Part shown: positions 11,470 to 23,860 of the stretch, piece after piece | How the letters are laid out: every line of letters starts with the position of its first letter | How positions within the stretch are numbered: position 1 is the first letter of the stretch | Assembly: GCA_010093605.1 (NCBI GenBank) | Contig: MU004196.1 | Span: forward strand, 580,606 to 644,605 | Length of the DNA stretch: 64,000 bases | DNA from: Lophium mytilinum | Taxonomy: Eukaryota | Direction of reading: 5' to 3' | Made by a program: the position numbers and the translations under genes | Notes under the pieces: model-generated | The model's input: only the letters and a program-made list of their open reading frames with translations | Told to the model about the DNA's origin: nothing | The model's database searches: none

Positions 11470-13919
11470 CTATTTGTGCAAACCAGCTTCTACCAAACTC
11501 TTCGCGGTCCCCGCTCGCTCCTCATACAGCCTCCGCAGATCATCAACCGAAGCCTTCTTTAAGTTCAACTTATGAGGACGCGGCGCAAGTCCATTGGGAG
11601 GAGTCTGTGAAGGCGCCGGTTCAAACGAGGGCATCCGTTGAAGGAGTCCTGGCGACAACGCCCTAGGTCTTGTTGCTGGAACAGGCAGAGATGCCGACTT
11701 CGCAGGGGGCTGAGGGGCTGGCGGTTTGGCTTTGTTCAAAGAAGGGTACACAGGTCGCGCAAGGGATGTAATGGTTGGAGTCCTGCTCGCAGATGCGGGC
11801 CAGCTAGGCCGTCGAAAATTACTCACTGGCGCCTGTGGGTCCACAGAGCCGCGCCTTGTCCAGCTTGGACCTGTCGACTCTTTTGGAGAAGGAGATGATG
11901 ACTCGCCTCCCTTTTCTACTGTCGTCTCAGGCGCATCCTTGGGGGACTGCACGGGCTTGCGCCGGATGGAATCAGTTGGACTTCCGCCGGTCATCCCAGG
12001 CAGCGCCATCCTGCCATCTGAAAACGCTCGCGATTGGGCTTGCGTGGCATTCTCCGCGTTACCTATCTGCTCTGCTGTCAGGGCTTTCCTCTTGGGGAGT
12101 ATGATTGTAGGAGTGGGAGGTTCGCCAGCACTGTTCGTACCAGATTTCTTCTCGTCTGGGAATTCTTTCCACTGAGAAGGACGAGGAGGAGCAAACCCAT
12201 CAGCCACGTAGCTAGTTGGTGACTCAGCAACATCTAAAGGACTGTCGCCTACAATGGTAGAGTATCTAGGTGGTAGTAGCGTGTTTAGTGGAGGCGCCGG
12301 TTTTCGCTTTGTAGTTGAATCAGGGGACTCTGAAGAGCGCTGCTTCTCTATCCGTCGGGGTGGCAGAGGAGGTGGCTGATCTGACGCCGCGGCAGCCTCG
12401 TTATCCTCCAGGATGATGCCGGTGAAGTGTTTCTCGTCAACATCTTCTGGCGCTTGGGTATACACTTTCCCTTCGAGTGGGTCTTCCCATTCATTGGGGT
12501 CTGTCGGGAGAGCGAGGTCCTTTTGGAATGCAGCCGGATCTATCATGCAATTCTTTCCCAGGTCGTTAGGCCAGAGGTCGATTGCTGCCATCAGAATTCG
12601 CCTGACGATTGACGAAGTTTTTGCATCTTCCAGCTGATCTGGACCGCAGAGCAGCGTTGGAGCAAAACACACTGCGAGATTTTCCGAATTCATTTTGTTT
12701 TCATGCTGTCGTGCTGCTATGGCGGCTAGCAGTGGGAGAAGATGTCTAGTCATGATCTCGCGGGAGATAGAAGGAAGACTAGACCATTCCGAGGTTGGTG
12801 ATATCAGCTCCGTAAGCCTTTCCAGCGACGGAATCTCATCAGGATCTCCAAATATTCTCTTTAGGTCTTTGTACGAAGATTGAGGGAATATTGGCTGCCG
12901 AAGATCCGCATACCAAGACTTGATCAGCCCTGCCGCCATTGTGACTCCGTACGCGTCCCTTTGATCAATTTCTCCGATAGCCTCTTCGATAGCATCAGAG
13001 CGTGGGTACTCAGGAATGGGGAGCGCAATCTGCCCCTCCTTCCAGACAATAAACTTCTGTCCGCGATCATAAGCTTCCTTCAATATTTCCTTTAGCTTAG
13101 AGTGTGGCGGTATCCTGAACAGGCCCTCGGTGCCTATGTTCTCCTCCATGAGAACGAAATTTGTAGCTTCTCGGAGCACACGGGGAAGCCTCGTTTGGCC
13201 TTGGCTAGTCTTTGGAAGGGATTGTCGGACCCCAAAGGCCCGTCGTCCACTCGCGTAGGGGGCAAATATATCGTCTGACAGGCGGCGATCGTGCAAGTAC
13301 GCCGAGGGCGGAATAAGCAGGTCTTCGATTGCGAGATGTAACGCCAGATTGCTCAATGTGGACACTGATTACAGAATTCGTCAGTTCGAGCTCGATACAG
13401 TACGCTATTGAGTACAAGACACATACCGTGCACGATCTTTCTCCTAAACTTTGGACTCACGATCGTGGAGAACATCTCGACTAGAATCCTGACCCAACTC
13501 CGCTCGTGGACAATGTAGAGCCTTTGCAATCGCTTTCTCATCGCCCTCGAAAGGACATGATATGCCTGTATGAACCATCCCCAGCCTGGTCTGTTCTTTC
13601 TGGCAGCTGTAGCCCCCTCGGAACCTCCTCCGGCAAAGAATATGACCTCGTACTCCGAGCCCTTCAAGAGCTCCTCTTCCCCCGGCAACCTCGCAAGTAC
13701 GTACGGTAGCAGCGCGTCGAAATCGGCCTCGCGGGTATCGGGTAGGGCCGCGGCATTCAGTATGTAAATAGGTCTGCCATCTTTCGAGGTTATAGGCGAA
13801 CGGTAAAGGACGCTGGCCGCTACTCGGGCGAGGGGTGTTGAATAGTCGGCAGATGTTTGCGGAGGAGGGACGGCACTGAGTGACGAGCTTCGAAGGCGGT
13901 TGGCAAGATGAGACCGCAT
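11470..13919 (-). CDS. ECM25: Divergent CRAL-TRIO (BCH) + RhoGAP protein, Ecm25-like; intron 13426-13365
   Basis: BCH-like RAMRKRLQRLYIVHERSWVRIL...SPKFRRKIVH; RhoGAP EGLFRIPP arginine finger and NKMNSENLAVCFAPTLL; Pro/Ser-rich tail. Confidence 0.85.
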
Positions 13920-15205
13920 GTTGAGGAGTTGTCAATGCCGTGACAGTGTTGGTATGGCTTTAGGTGGGCAGAACGCAGCCGGGTGGTGAATACCCAGGTA
14001 GGTCGCCACAAGACGTCTACGCAGAGCTGTGGCAATGGGCCGTTTGAACGACTAGTAGAGAGGAGAGGCTAAAAACAAGAGAAAAGTCAAGCATGCGCAA
14101 ATGAGGTCACTTCGCCATAAGGTTCGCCGCGGTCGTTGAGAGGATGCTCCAACGCGCTTCTGTCAACAGGTGGTTGTACCCAGGCGGGGCTTGCGTGGAA
14201 AATCAGGTTATGCTGTGCAATCGAGCTAATCTGCAGGCGAAATAGAGACGAGGTGTTTCCTTCGTGTATCGTGCCCCGTCAAACATCGACGTCAGCAGTC
14301 TCAAGGTTCAAGGATTGCGAGTAGAGGAGGAGCGGAGCTGGAGTGTTGGGCTGCGCTGGCTACGGACTTGGCCCGCGCCTATTCTATTGATGCCAAGCAA
14401 TTATGCGCAATCTCGAGGTCGAGTAAACAACCTCGTCACGCGGAGGGAAGCAACAGATATGTCAATGGGAGATACCGTATAGTTTCGGAATATCCGGACG
14501 CCACCCTTGGCAGCGCTAGTAGGGGGCTCTAATTTTAATTCCTTATCCGCCGCACCCGCTCAGTGCCTTAGTACATTAATCCTCTATCTAAATATACCTA
14601 AATCTATATATCTTTCTATTTAATAATAGCCTATACAACTATAAATAAAGCCCTAATTACTTTAGGGGAATTTAAGGCAGTTTATATATATTTTTTCCAC
14701 TTTTCTTATATATTACTTTACTAATTCTTATCTTATAGACGCTATACATAACTTTATTAATTCTCCACGCTTTAAAATAGATAAGAAGTATATCCTTATC
14801 TATTATTAGCCTATAGATTAGACGTATAATATATCTAGAGGTCCCGGAATCTCTCTCTAAGATGCTAAGGGATAATACTAAGGTTAGGTAAAGAAAGAAA
14901 ATCGCGTGCCTATTAATACACGCCTGTAAGCTAGCAGGCGTGTTATTAAATATATAATATGCCTAGGCTAAGGCTATAAGCGTCTAGATAGCCGCCTTAG
15001 TATTAAGTAGAAGATAAAGTTTAGTATAATAGTAGTATATATTTTACTAAGTTTCTAAGTATAGATTTCTATCTCTATAATAGTTGCATAGAGTTCTACT
15101 TTAGGTAGTAAATAGATTAGATAAACGCAATTAATTTAGTTCTAATTTAAATAAAATCTATAGAAATTTAAATAAGTTATAATTTTTTTTATAATAGACT
15201 GCATA

Positions 15206-15953
15206 AAATAGGAAGTCTATAGAAGGGCTGCGCAGTCTTGCTATAAATCTACTTAAGAGTAATAACTTAATTAAATATTTATTAATTCTTACGTACTTTT
15301 TACAGGTTAACAGTATATATACAGGCAAACAGCGCGCTTAATTATAGCTAGACTATATTAGTAGATTTAAGAGATTTATAGTTTAAAGATCTATATATAT
15401 AGAATATTTTATAAGTAAATTTATCTAGTTCTAGTATAGCTTAGTAGTTAGTATAGTACTTCTGTAGATTAAATTCTTAATATAATAAGCTTAAGGAGCT
15501 TTTATTGCGGGAATTTAATCTGCGGAAGCATAGAGAGTAGAAGGTTAGTAGTACTCTTTTTATAGTTTAATTTCTAGCTAGACTGCTTTCTTTTTACTTA
15601 AATATTTATTAATCCGTACGCGCTTTTAATAGGTTAACAGCGTATATACGGGCTAACAGCGCGCTTAATTATAGCTAGATTACATTAGTAGATTTAAGAG
15701 ATTTGCGTACTAAAGAAAGTGTAATAGCCGGAGGCGTAGACTGTTTTTATGCTCTAGGCCTATACACCTTATTTAAACCGCGAATCTCTTAAATCTACTA
15801 AGGTAATCTAGCTATAATTAGGCGCGCTGTTAGCCCGTATACACGCCGTTAACCTATTAAAAGCGCGTAACTATTCTATAATAATTAACTAATTTATTAC
15901 TCTTAAGTAGATTTATAGTAAGGCTGCGCAGCCCTTCTATAGACTTCCTATTT
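15206..15953. repeat. Nested foldback (long inverted plus direct repeats) inside the transposon
   Basis: 15206-15265 matches the reverse complement of 15894-15953 at 58/60; 15617-15707 matches the reverse complement of 15779-15869 at 86/91; ~15290-15378 is a direct copy of 15617-15707. Confidence 0.9.
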
Positions 15954-16149
15954 CCTTATAATATACTCTCGGCAGCTACCGCCGGAGGACGTAGAACAGC
16001 TAATACTAGACGGATTAGAACGCGCTTTTAGATAGAATAAGGTATAATATATTATAATTAACTAGTAGTTAGTCTAAATAGAAAAAGTATATTATATATA
16101 TTAAAATAGGCGTTTATAGTAAGAATAATAAAAAATTAGCCCCCCCTTC

Positions 16150-18070
16150 TACTACTAGCCCCTTAGTTTACTCTATATAACGCCCCTGTAATTCTAAACC
16201 GCTATAACTCTACTAATATATATTATATTAAGAATCTAAGACTATAGGCCTATTACCTAAGTTACCGGCTTTAAAGCTAGAAGATATAAAGCTATTATGC
16301 GGCGTAGTTATAAGATTAATAGGGTTATCCGGAGTATTTAATTACAGTTCTAAAACCTTATTTTAGCGCTTAAGATTATACGCCATTAATAGCTTAATAA
16401 TTAGCTGTTTCCGGAGCCCTAAGTACTTCTTAATTCTACGCTTTTTATACAACTTAGTAAGCTATTTAATAGTTCCGTTCTTATACTAATAGCTATTTAT
16501 CTTATTATCTCTACTTATAAAGTGTAGGTTATTATTATTAAAATTAGGCTCTTATTTAATGTATATTAAAACAATAGGTGCATCGGCCCACGTAGAGAGG
16601 TCCTATTCCTCTAGCTTATAGCCCTTAATGCGGAGCTTACTATTCTTGCTTCTATTAGCTGCTAGCAAGATTCCTATATCTTAGAATGCTTTAATAATAA
16701 GCTCTAGCCGTAATTAGAGTATCTTCTTAGCAGCAGAGACCGCCTAGGTAGTAAGGATTCTCTTATCCTCTAGCTTATCTTTCTTAGGCTTCTCTCTAAT
16801 AGTATACCGCTTCTCTAGGAGGTCCTCTATATTCTAAGTAATCTACTTCTTATAGGGCTTATTAATAGCTATATTAAGAGGCTATAGATAGCCTATGCAG
16901 CCGCCGGGAATTATTAATATAAATACCTTATTTAATATAAGAAGGTTTTTAATAGCCTTAGTCTTATAAAATGCTGCAGCATTAAGTAAAAGAAGAGACT
17001 CTAGCGCGTTGCCTTCTGCGTTCTTATTAGCTAGAAAATAGGTTTCTATTATCTAGAAATAGAATAGCGTCTTATTATTATATATATGCTCGTTAACGTG
17101 CATAATTATATTCTTAGAGTACTTTTCTCCTTTCTTTTTAATAATTATTCTAGCCTTAAATAATAAACCTTTAAATATTATTATAGGTTTATATCTGCCT
17201 ACACTATTAGCGCAGATATAGAGTATAAGAGTAGCCTGCCGCTTATTATAGCCGCTTTTAAAGACTTATATAGTAACCTTCTTAGCTTCTTTAAAGTTAT
17301 AAGTATACTAAGTAATCTACTTATAAGGAATAGGCGTCTTATTAAGGTTTACAATTTAAGATAGAGAAAATTAATAGTAAATAGGCTATAGAGAGTTAAG
17401 AGGTTAATTAAGAGCTATTTTAAAGAAAGCCCCTAGAATAATTAGTTACGTAATCTACTAGTTATATAGCAGAAACGCTAGTATATACTTCTTTAAGAGA
17501 ATAGGCGGTTTAAAGGCCTTCTTTATAACTGCCTAGTATAAAATTTAAGTATAACTAAGGAAGCTACTAAACTAGCCTTTTAAAAAGGTAAATATAGTTT
17601 TACCCTCCTTATAGAGGTCTTTAAAAAGCTTATTTAATTGCCTTTAGAACTAATAAAGGCGAACCTAGAGTCTTCTTTCCCTTTTAATAATAAATTCCTT
17701 ATATAATCTCTTCTTAAGGAGGTTCTATTTACAGAAGTAGTTAATATAAGCTAGGTAATAATTTAAACGCGGCGTTTATAAAAGTAAATTAACCTATAAC
17801 GCCTACGCTACTATATTTAACTTGCTAATCTTCTAGAAGCATTCTGCCTTATTAAACGTAGGTTTATATTAATTATAAGTAGGTATCTAGAGGGGATAGC
17901 TATAGAGAATATAGTCCCTTTTATAAGGTTATATATTAATACGGGTTAGATTACACTATATAAGGACCTCTAGCTTCTTCTTAGTAGAGTACGTAGTTTA
18001 TTTTATCTAAACCGGCGTTGTGCGTATTCTTTTAGTAAGTATATAGTTATCTAAAGCCTTTCTTTTCCAT
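16150..18070 (-). pseudogene. RIP-destroyed pogo DDE_1 transposase (ends approximate)
   Basis: Minus-strand translation: IVNLNKTPIPY (from N.DETP), KRQATLILYICAN, KPIIIFKG, LLLLNAAAFYKT (from LLLDAA.FHKT), IPGGCIGYL*PLNIAINKPYKK (from QPLD), LRIKG. The many TAA/TAG stops fit C>T/G>A changes. Confidence 0.9.
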
Positions 18071-18770
18071 CCTATTAATACTAAGTCCCCTTTTAATAGA
18101 CGCTTAGTTAAGCAGCCTATAATATTTAGATTAAGTTCTTAGAGTGCTATTAAAGCTATATATAAGAGGAAATAGTATAGCAATAAGTAGTTAAAAAGAT
18201 ATAGTAAAGTAATAGAGGATAGATAAAGAAAAGGGTTTATTATTATTTATAATTACTAGCTAGCTGTATATCCCCCCTAGGGAAATTATACTATAAATTC
18301 TCCACGCCTTAATTTTTGTCCAATTTCTATAATTCTAAGCGCGATTAATAGGAAATTATAAGCTCTACAACTCTTCTTATATATATATAATTAAAAAGTA
18401 ACGTTTTAGTAGTATAGTTATAGGCGTTAAAACGGGTAATAAGGGGAATCGCGAAAATCTAATATAATTTTCTTATCTATTATCTATACACTAAACTACA
18501 CTACGTTACCTGCCGATCACCCCCCTTGGAGCGTGCCAAGGGTGGCGTCCGGATATTCCGAAACTATACGGTATGTGAATAGACTCATTTCCCCAAGCCC
18601 AAAGATTGTTCACTTGGAATAGTATTACAGGGTTTACAACGCCGGGAGCTTGATGTAAGCGGTTTGTGAGCCAACGAAGCAGTCCAATCACATCGAGTCT
18701 CGCCGTTGGCGTGTTCGTGTTATGCATTTCCCGAGACTCATTTTGTGACAAACCATAGCAAAGTTTCGAC

Positions 18771-20926
18771 TCAGTGCTCATCAGACTCCTCATCTTCCGT
18801 GAGAGCGAGTCGATTCTCGTCGTCCTCATCCATGTTCGGATCAAACTCGATATCTCGAAGATATTGGCGCAGTTGCTCAAGCCTCGTCGTCCGTTGCGCT
18901 ATAGTCTCAGGCGCAACTCCGGATTCCCTAATTGCACGCTCCACATCTGCTGCCGTAGGCGGAGCGCCAGTCTCTGGGTTGATCGCTGTCTCTTCGAAGA
19001 GCCATGGTATTAAGCTTCGGAAAAACGACTGGAGGTTGGCATACTCGTGAAGAATGGTCGCTGTGTTCTCCATGTTTGAGTGGCCACGCCCGCCGGAGAC
19101 GCTGAGATCATATGAAGAGAGGTTGTCCGTCGGAGGTAGTGGATCTGAAGTGGAAGTGTATCGGGCCGTGAGACGGCGACTTAGGAGGCCAATAAGCGCT
19201 GGCGTATCTGTCAAGATAACGTGTCGGGCCACTTGAACCTCGTCGAAGATGACTTTGTCATGGGGCTCATAATCGGTCCAGTCACAGGTCGAAGCCACCT
19301 CTACCAAAAGGGAGGTAGCTTCTGGGGTATTCCAAAGATCCTTCGCCTTCGTAACATAGAGCTCGCAAAGCAGATTTTCGTAATCGCCTTCCGGCTCTTT
19401 TCCCCAGACTGGTTTGGGGATGGGGTTAATCTCGAGCTCTCTACACAGTCGACTTGCTATCCACGGATACTGCTGAAAGGCTGAACGCAACTTGGACCTA
19501 GCCAGCTCCGGTCTATTGTGCTGACTGTATGCTAGGCCAACAGAGGTTGCCAGATTTGGAGGCATGTGCCAAAGATCCTGGAGAAAATCAGAGCTTACAA
19601 TGTCGATCAATTGCTTGGGCTGGCGGGCTCGGAGAGCAAATTGGTCAAGCACTAGACGTATGCAGTACGGATCGCCTTCAGGATCTATGCTTAACAACAA
19701 TTTCGACCACTCGAAGGCCGTTCTCCAAGTCGAGCGCATGCCAAGGTTAGAGATATACCTCCATCCCGCCAGCCAGAACTCGCGGTTCTCGGGTCGCCGG
19801 AAATCCAGGCGTGCCTTTCCCTCGGAGAGATTCCTCGAGAACGTTGAATGGACTGATCGACCGAAGGAGAACAGAGCTCGCTCCAGGAGGTCCCCGGACG
19901 TTGTATGATCGCGTTCTTGCTTGGCGATCTCTGAAACCTGTAGTAGCGTAGAGATGTGATACGCTAGAATAATGTTAGTAGGGGTGGGGCTCTAGTACGC
20001 ATCGCGGGCCTAGATAATCGAGACACCTCGCGAAAAGGTATCAGAGTAAAGGAAGACCTACGATTGTTTCGAAGAAGCTGAATCATGCGGTTTGGATCCA
20101 TAGACGCTACACATGCTTCGAATTGTTTTTGCACATCCTGATATGCCATGTTGTGCACAAATCGATACTCGACCGTTCCATCTTTCCGCTTCTCCACCAC
20201 TTCCATCCCGAGACCTCCAGAGGGGGCTCCAGGCCATTCTTCTTTCCCTTGAATGAAGATGTTCCGCCGACGCCATATGGCTGCTAGATTACGCCCGCCT
20301 TGCACATTTCCACGCACAGCACCAGCAAGACCGACCTGCTGAGCACCTCTACCTCGGCGTCGTCCACCAGCTGCTTCTGCGTCATCGTGTCCCTCCAGAG
20401 CAGCCCTACCGAATAATCTGCGCATCTCGTTGGATGCGTGTAGGTGTTGCGTGTCCACAGATAGGATAGAAAAAAGTTCTTGTACCTCCGAACTGATGGT
20501 TTCAGTTAGTGTGCCCGATGCTCCGTCTCTATTGGAATGAGAGCTCAGAGAGAGCGCTAGTAGAGCACGATCGATCTCATCAAGCTGCTGCGAGTTTGCG
20601 GACTCCTTCGTCTTCTTCTGAGGTACTGGCTCTTTTCCGCGTTTGCTCTTCTTCTTTCTGCGCCTGGCGGCCTTCGTGGTCCGCTGTTGTGGCGCTGGAT
20701 CCTCAACTGTGGCTACTTCGTCCGAATTCTTCTCGCCTTCATCTGAGTCTTTCGCTTCGTCTTCGTCTTCATCATCCTCTCCGAGCATAGCGAACATGCT
20801 CGCTTTATTGCTTGGGGCGACGATGGGCTCGTCATCTGACTCATCAGTCTGTGGATGAGATAATTTTTCCAGCTGTTGCTTCTCTTCAAGCTCCCTCTGA
20901 GCTTTTCGGAGAGCTCGGGAAGACAT
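18771..20926 (-). CDS. RQC1: Ribosome quality control subunit Rqc1 / TCF25 (Nulp1), one intron
   Basis: MSSRALRK N-terminus; FVHNMAYQDVQKQF; spliced NNPYHISTLLQVSE...DLLERALF; RPENREFWLA; TWRTAFEWSKLLLSIDPEGDP. Confidence 0.92.
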
Positions 20927-21167
20927 GTTTGCTTGGGTTGAAGTGTTGTGCTGGTGAAGGACGGTGGCGGCCTGTGATGTGCTTGATTAGATGATGCTTT
21001 CCTAGCGCGCAAACTACGTCACGTGCCTTGAGATCGGGATCGGCCCTATTCACCCAGCACGGTTCGCCTTTACCTCATCAACCATCCGTCCCTCCCTCGG
21101 CTCTCACCTCACAGCGTCCAAATTCCCCCTCGACCTCCCCTCGACCTCCCCTCTTCCTTGCGTCCCA
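20927..21167. promoter_or_regulatory. Probable bidirectional promoter for RQC1 and PTC5
   Basis: 241 bp between divergent ATGs; GTCACGTG (bHLH/Cbf1-type box) at 21018-21025; CT-rich tract before the PTC5 ATG. Confidence 0.5.
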
Positions 21168-23109
21168 ATGCGTCGAGCAGCTATTCAAGCGTTTCGCTCT
21201 GCTCGCCGTCCTACTCTCCGCAAGTTTGTCAGAAATCGCAGCACCCCGTTCAGCCATGTCGCAGGGACGCGCTCTCTAACTACCCGGAGGGAGCGAGTGT
21301 CTATTAGTCTTTTGCACTCTTCCATGCTCTTCAGGAACTTCACGTACGCCGCAGTTGGTGCTGCTGTCGCCTCGGGTGCCTTTTACGCCATTCGCGGCAC
21401 GAGTTCTACCTCCCCTATCGGCGCCGCAAACCCAATCTCAGCAGACCAAAGTCGCAGTCTTAGCACGTCGAATGCTTACGCGAATTCCCCCAAATCGGAT
21501 CCCACTGGTACCGCAGCAGACAAGACCTCAGAATCTACTCGACGGGCTCTAGTGGTTGGACAGGGCTCATTATACACCGGCACGATTTCCGGTGACGGTC
21601 CACTATCGAAGGAAACGGACGACTACGGCAGGAAGGTTCTCGAGATGTTGACGCCGGAGCAAGCGACCCAGAAGCTTAGGAAAAATGAGGAATCATGGCT
21701 CGTTGGGAGAGGACAAGGCGTGGTTCGGTACGATGTGGTCCAAATCCCAAGCAACGATCCCATAGAGGATGACCATGCGGAAAAGATCATAGAGGTACCA
21801 CAGAGTGTGGCCGCAGCGACCGAGGGCTCTTCGGCAAGTGACTGGATGTTCTGGGGAGTCTTCGACGGTCACAGGTACGAACCATCTGCAATGGCGGCCG
21901 TCCGGAAAGCTAATATGTAACAGTGGATGGGTCACATCCGCCAAGCTTCGCCAGACCTTGATCTCATTTGTAGCACGCGAGCTTGACTCGACATACAAAT
22001 CAGCCCTCGCAGATCCTGCCTTGAAGTTCCCAGCTCCCGAGTCTATCGACAAAGCGATCAAGCAAGGGTTTCTCCGCCTCGACAACGAGATAGTCCACGA
22101 ATCCGTTGCAAAGGTTAAAAAGGCGCAGTCAAAACTTGTCGCAGCCGAACTTCTGGCTCCTGCTCTGTCGGGGTCCTGCGCCCTTCTCTCCTTCTACGAT
22201 AGCAGATCAAAACTTCTTCGCGTGGCCTGCACTGGCGACTCTCGAGCGGTCTTGGGAAGAAGAGCTGCGAGTGGGAAATGGACAGCGATGCCTTTATCAA
22301 TAGATCAGACGGGCGGGACACCTTCGGAAGTGGAGCGGTTGCAGAAGGAGCACCCCAACGAGCCATACGTCACCAAGAACGGCCGGATATTGGGAGGTCT
22401 CGAGCCAAGCCGTGCTTTTGGGGATGCGATCTACAAATGGAGCCTGAAAACCAATGAGGAGTTGAAACGCTCTTATTTTGGCCGGACCCACTCTAGCCTG
22501 CTCAAAACGCCTCCTTATGTTACCGCTGAGCCGATTGTCACGACTACAAAGGTCGACCCAGAAAAGGGAGATTTTGTGGTAATGGCTACCGACGGCCTCT
22601 GGGAAATGCTTACGAACGAAGAGGTCGTCGGACTGGTTGGCCAATGGCTAGACTCTCAGAGTGGTGGAAAGAACGCGAAAAACGGCCAGAGTGATTCGTG
22701 GCTCAAAAGCTGGTTCAGTACCCAAAAGGGCCTCCCAGTTGAACAAGGGGGGGCTGGAGACCCAAGTGGACAACGTGCACCCATTCGCCAACAGCAATGG
22801 GGCGCAAAGCCTCCCTACAGCGACCGCTTCGTCGTCGAAGACAAGAACGCGGCAACTCATTTGGTTAGGAACGCCCTCGGAGGGAAAGATCAGGATCAGC
22901 TTTCTGCGCTCCTGACTCTCCCCAGTCCCTACTCGAGACGATACAGGTAAGCATCCAAATAGACACTAGAATCGTGATCTTTTCTAACGGGTCCTAGGGA
23001 CGATCTCACTGTCGAAGTTATCTTCTTCGGCGAAGGTGCCGGTAGCGGAAACGTCACTTTGAATAAGGAAGCTAGCGCCTCTCACTCAGACGTGAAGCCG
23101 AAGCTATGA
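21168..23109 (+). CDS. PTC5: PP2C-family pyruvate dehydrogenase phosphatase (Ptc5), 3 exons
   Basis: Arg-rich presequence; PSNDPIEDDH, WGVFDGH(S)GW, SGSCALL, TGDSRAVLG, LEPSRAFGD, MATDGLWEML, SRRYR|DDLTVEVIFF; ends DVKPKL*. Confidence 0.93.
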
Positions 23110-23860
23110 TCCAGGCAGATCAATATAAGACCTCACAGAAATCCTTGATACCCACTCCTCAGTCGCAATACAAAATCTGGCGTAAGGAGTTCCACTTGGC
23201 ATACCCATCAAACCCATCGTCATGGCTGGACTGGCGTTACCGTCTTGGGTTCGATCGGCCTCCCATATCCCGGCGTACACGGCGAGATTACATCTACACG
23301 TATCCTTGTTTCCTTTTGAGCAGTTCCTTTCAGCCTTTTCATCCTGATCCCCTGCAATTGAGGCGCGGATTACTTTCTGCTCAACGTGTTATGATTTTCG
23401 AGGCAAATAAGGTCAGCGTGAGCCGTAATTAGCGTTTAAGAGCCGAAAAGCGCCTCTTGAGTTCGTAGGGGTGAGAATCTTCGCGTAACATCTTAGATCG
23501 ATGCTCTTTTGAAGCGCCGGCAATACTACTTCTAACCAAAGCATAGATCAGAGATCTATGCATGTCCCCAAGAACCCTATTGCCTAGCCATCTATATAGG
23601 CTGATTTGCGTATCTTTACATGCCGCTCGTTCTATGTGATAATGATTCACGAGTGGAATCCCCAGCTAATTAACACTTTCTTTTTTACTCCAGCGACGGA
23701 GCCTCCCGACGTCCGCGCTGCAAGGCTGAGAAAAGCCTTGGAGTCTGCCGCGGCTCAGCCTCGACCCCATTCTCTACCTTCCCAAGTGAACAAGAAGGCT
23801 CGAAGTCGCAAACATTAGAAAGTCCACATTTTCTTATACGTTTCAAACCCAACAGGCCTC

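Larger units (their letters stand above)
14475..18571 (-). mobile_element. pogo-family (Tc1/mariner superfamily) DNA transposon, 4097 bp, inactivated by RIP
   Basis: Perfect 38 bp TIRs CCGTATAGTTTCGGAATATCCGGACGCCACCCTTGGCA (14475-14512; reverse complement 18534-18571) flanked by TA (14473-14474, 18572-18573). Interior is AT-rich, TpA-rich and CpA/TpG-poor, and the ORF track is empty there. Confidence 0.95.

Noticed and set aside
14520..18505. Centromeric DNA, foreign AT-rich DNA or LTR retrotransposon
   Set aside because: Bounded by TIRs with TA TSD and contains DDE_1 motifs; AT richness is explained by RIP; no gag, RT or LTR seen.
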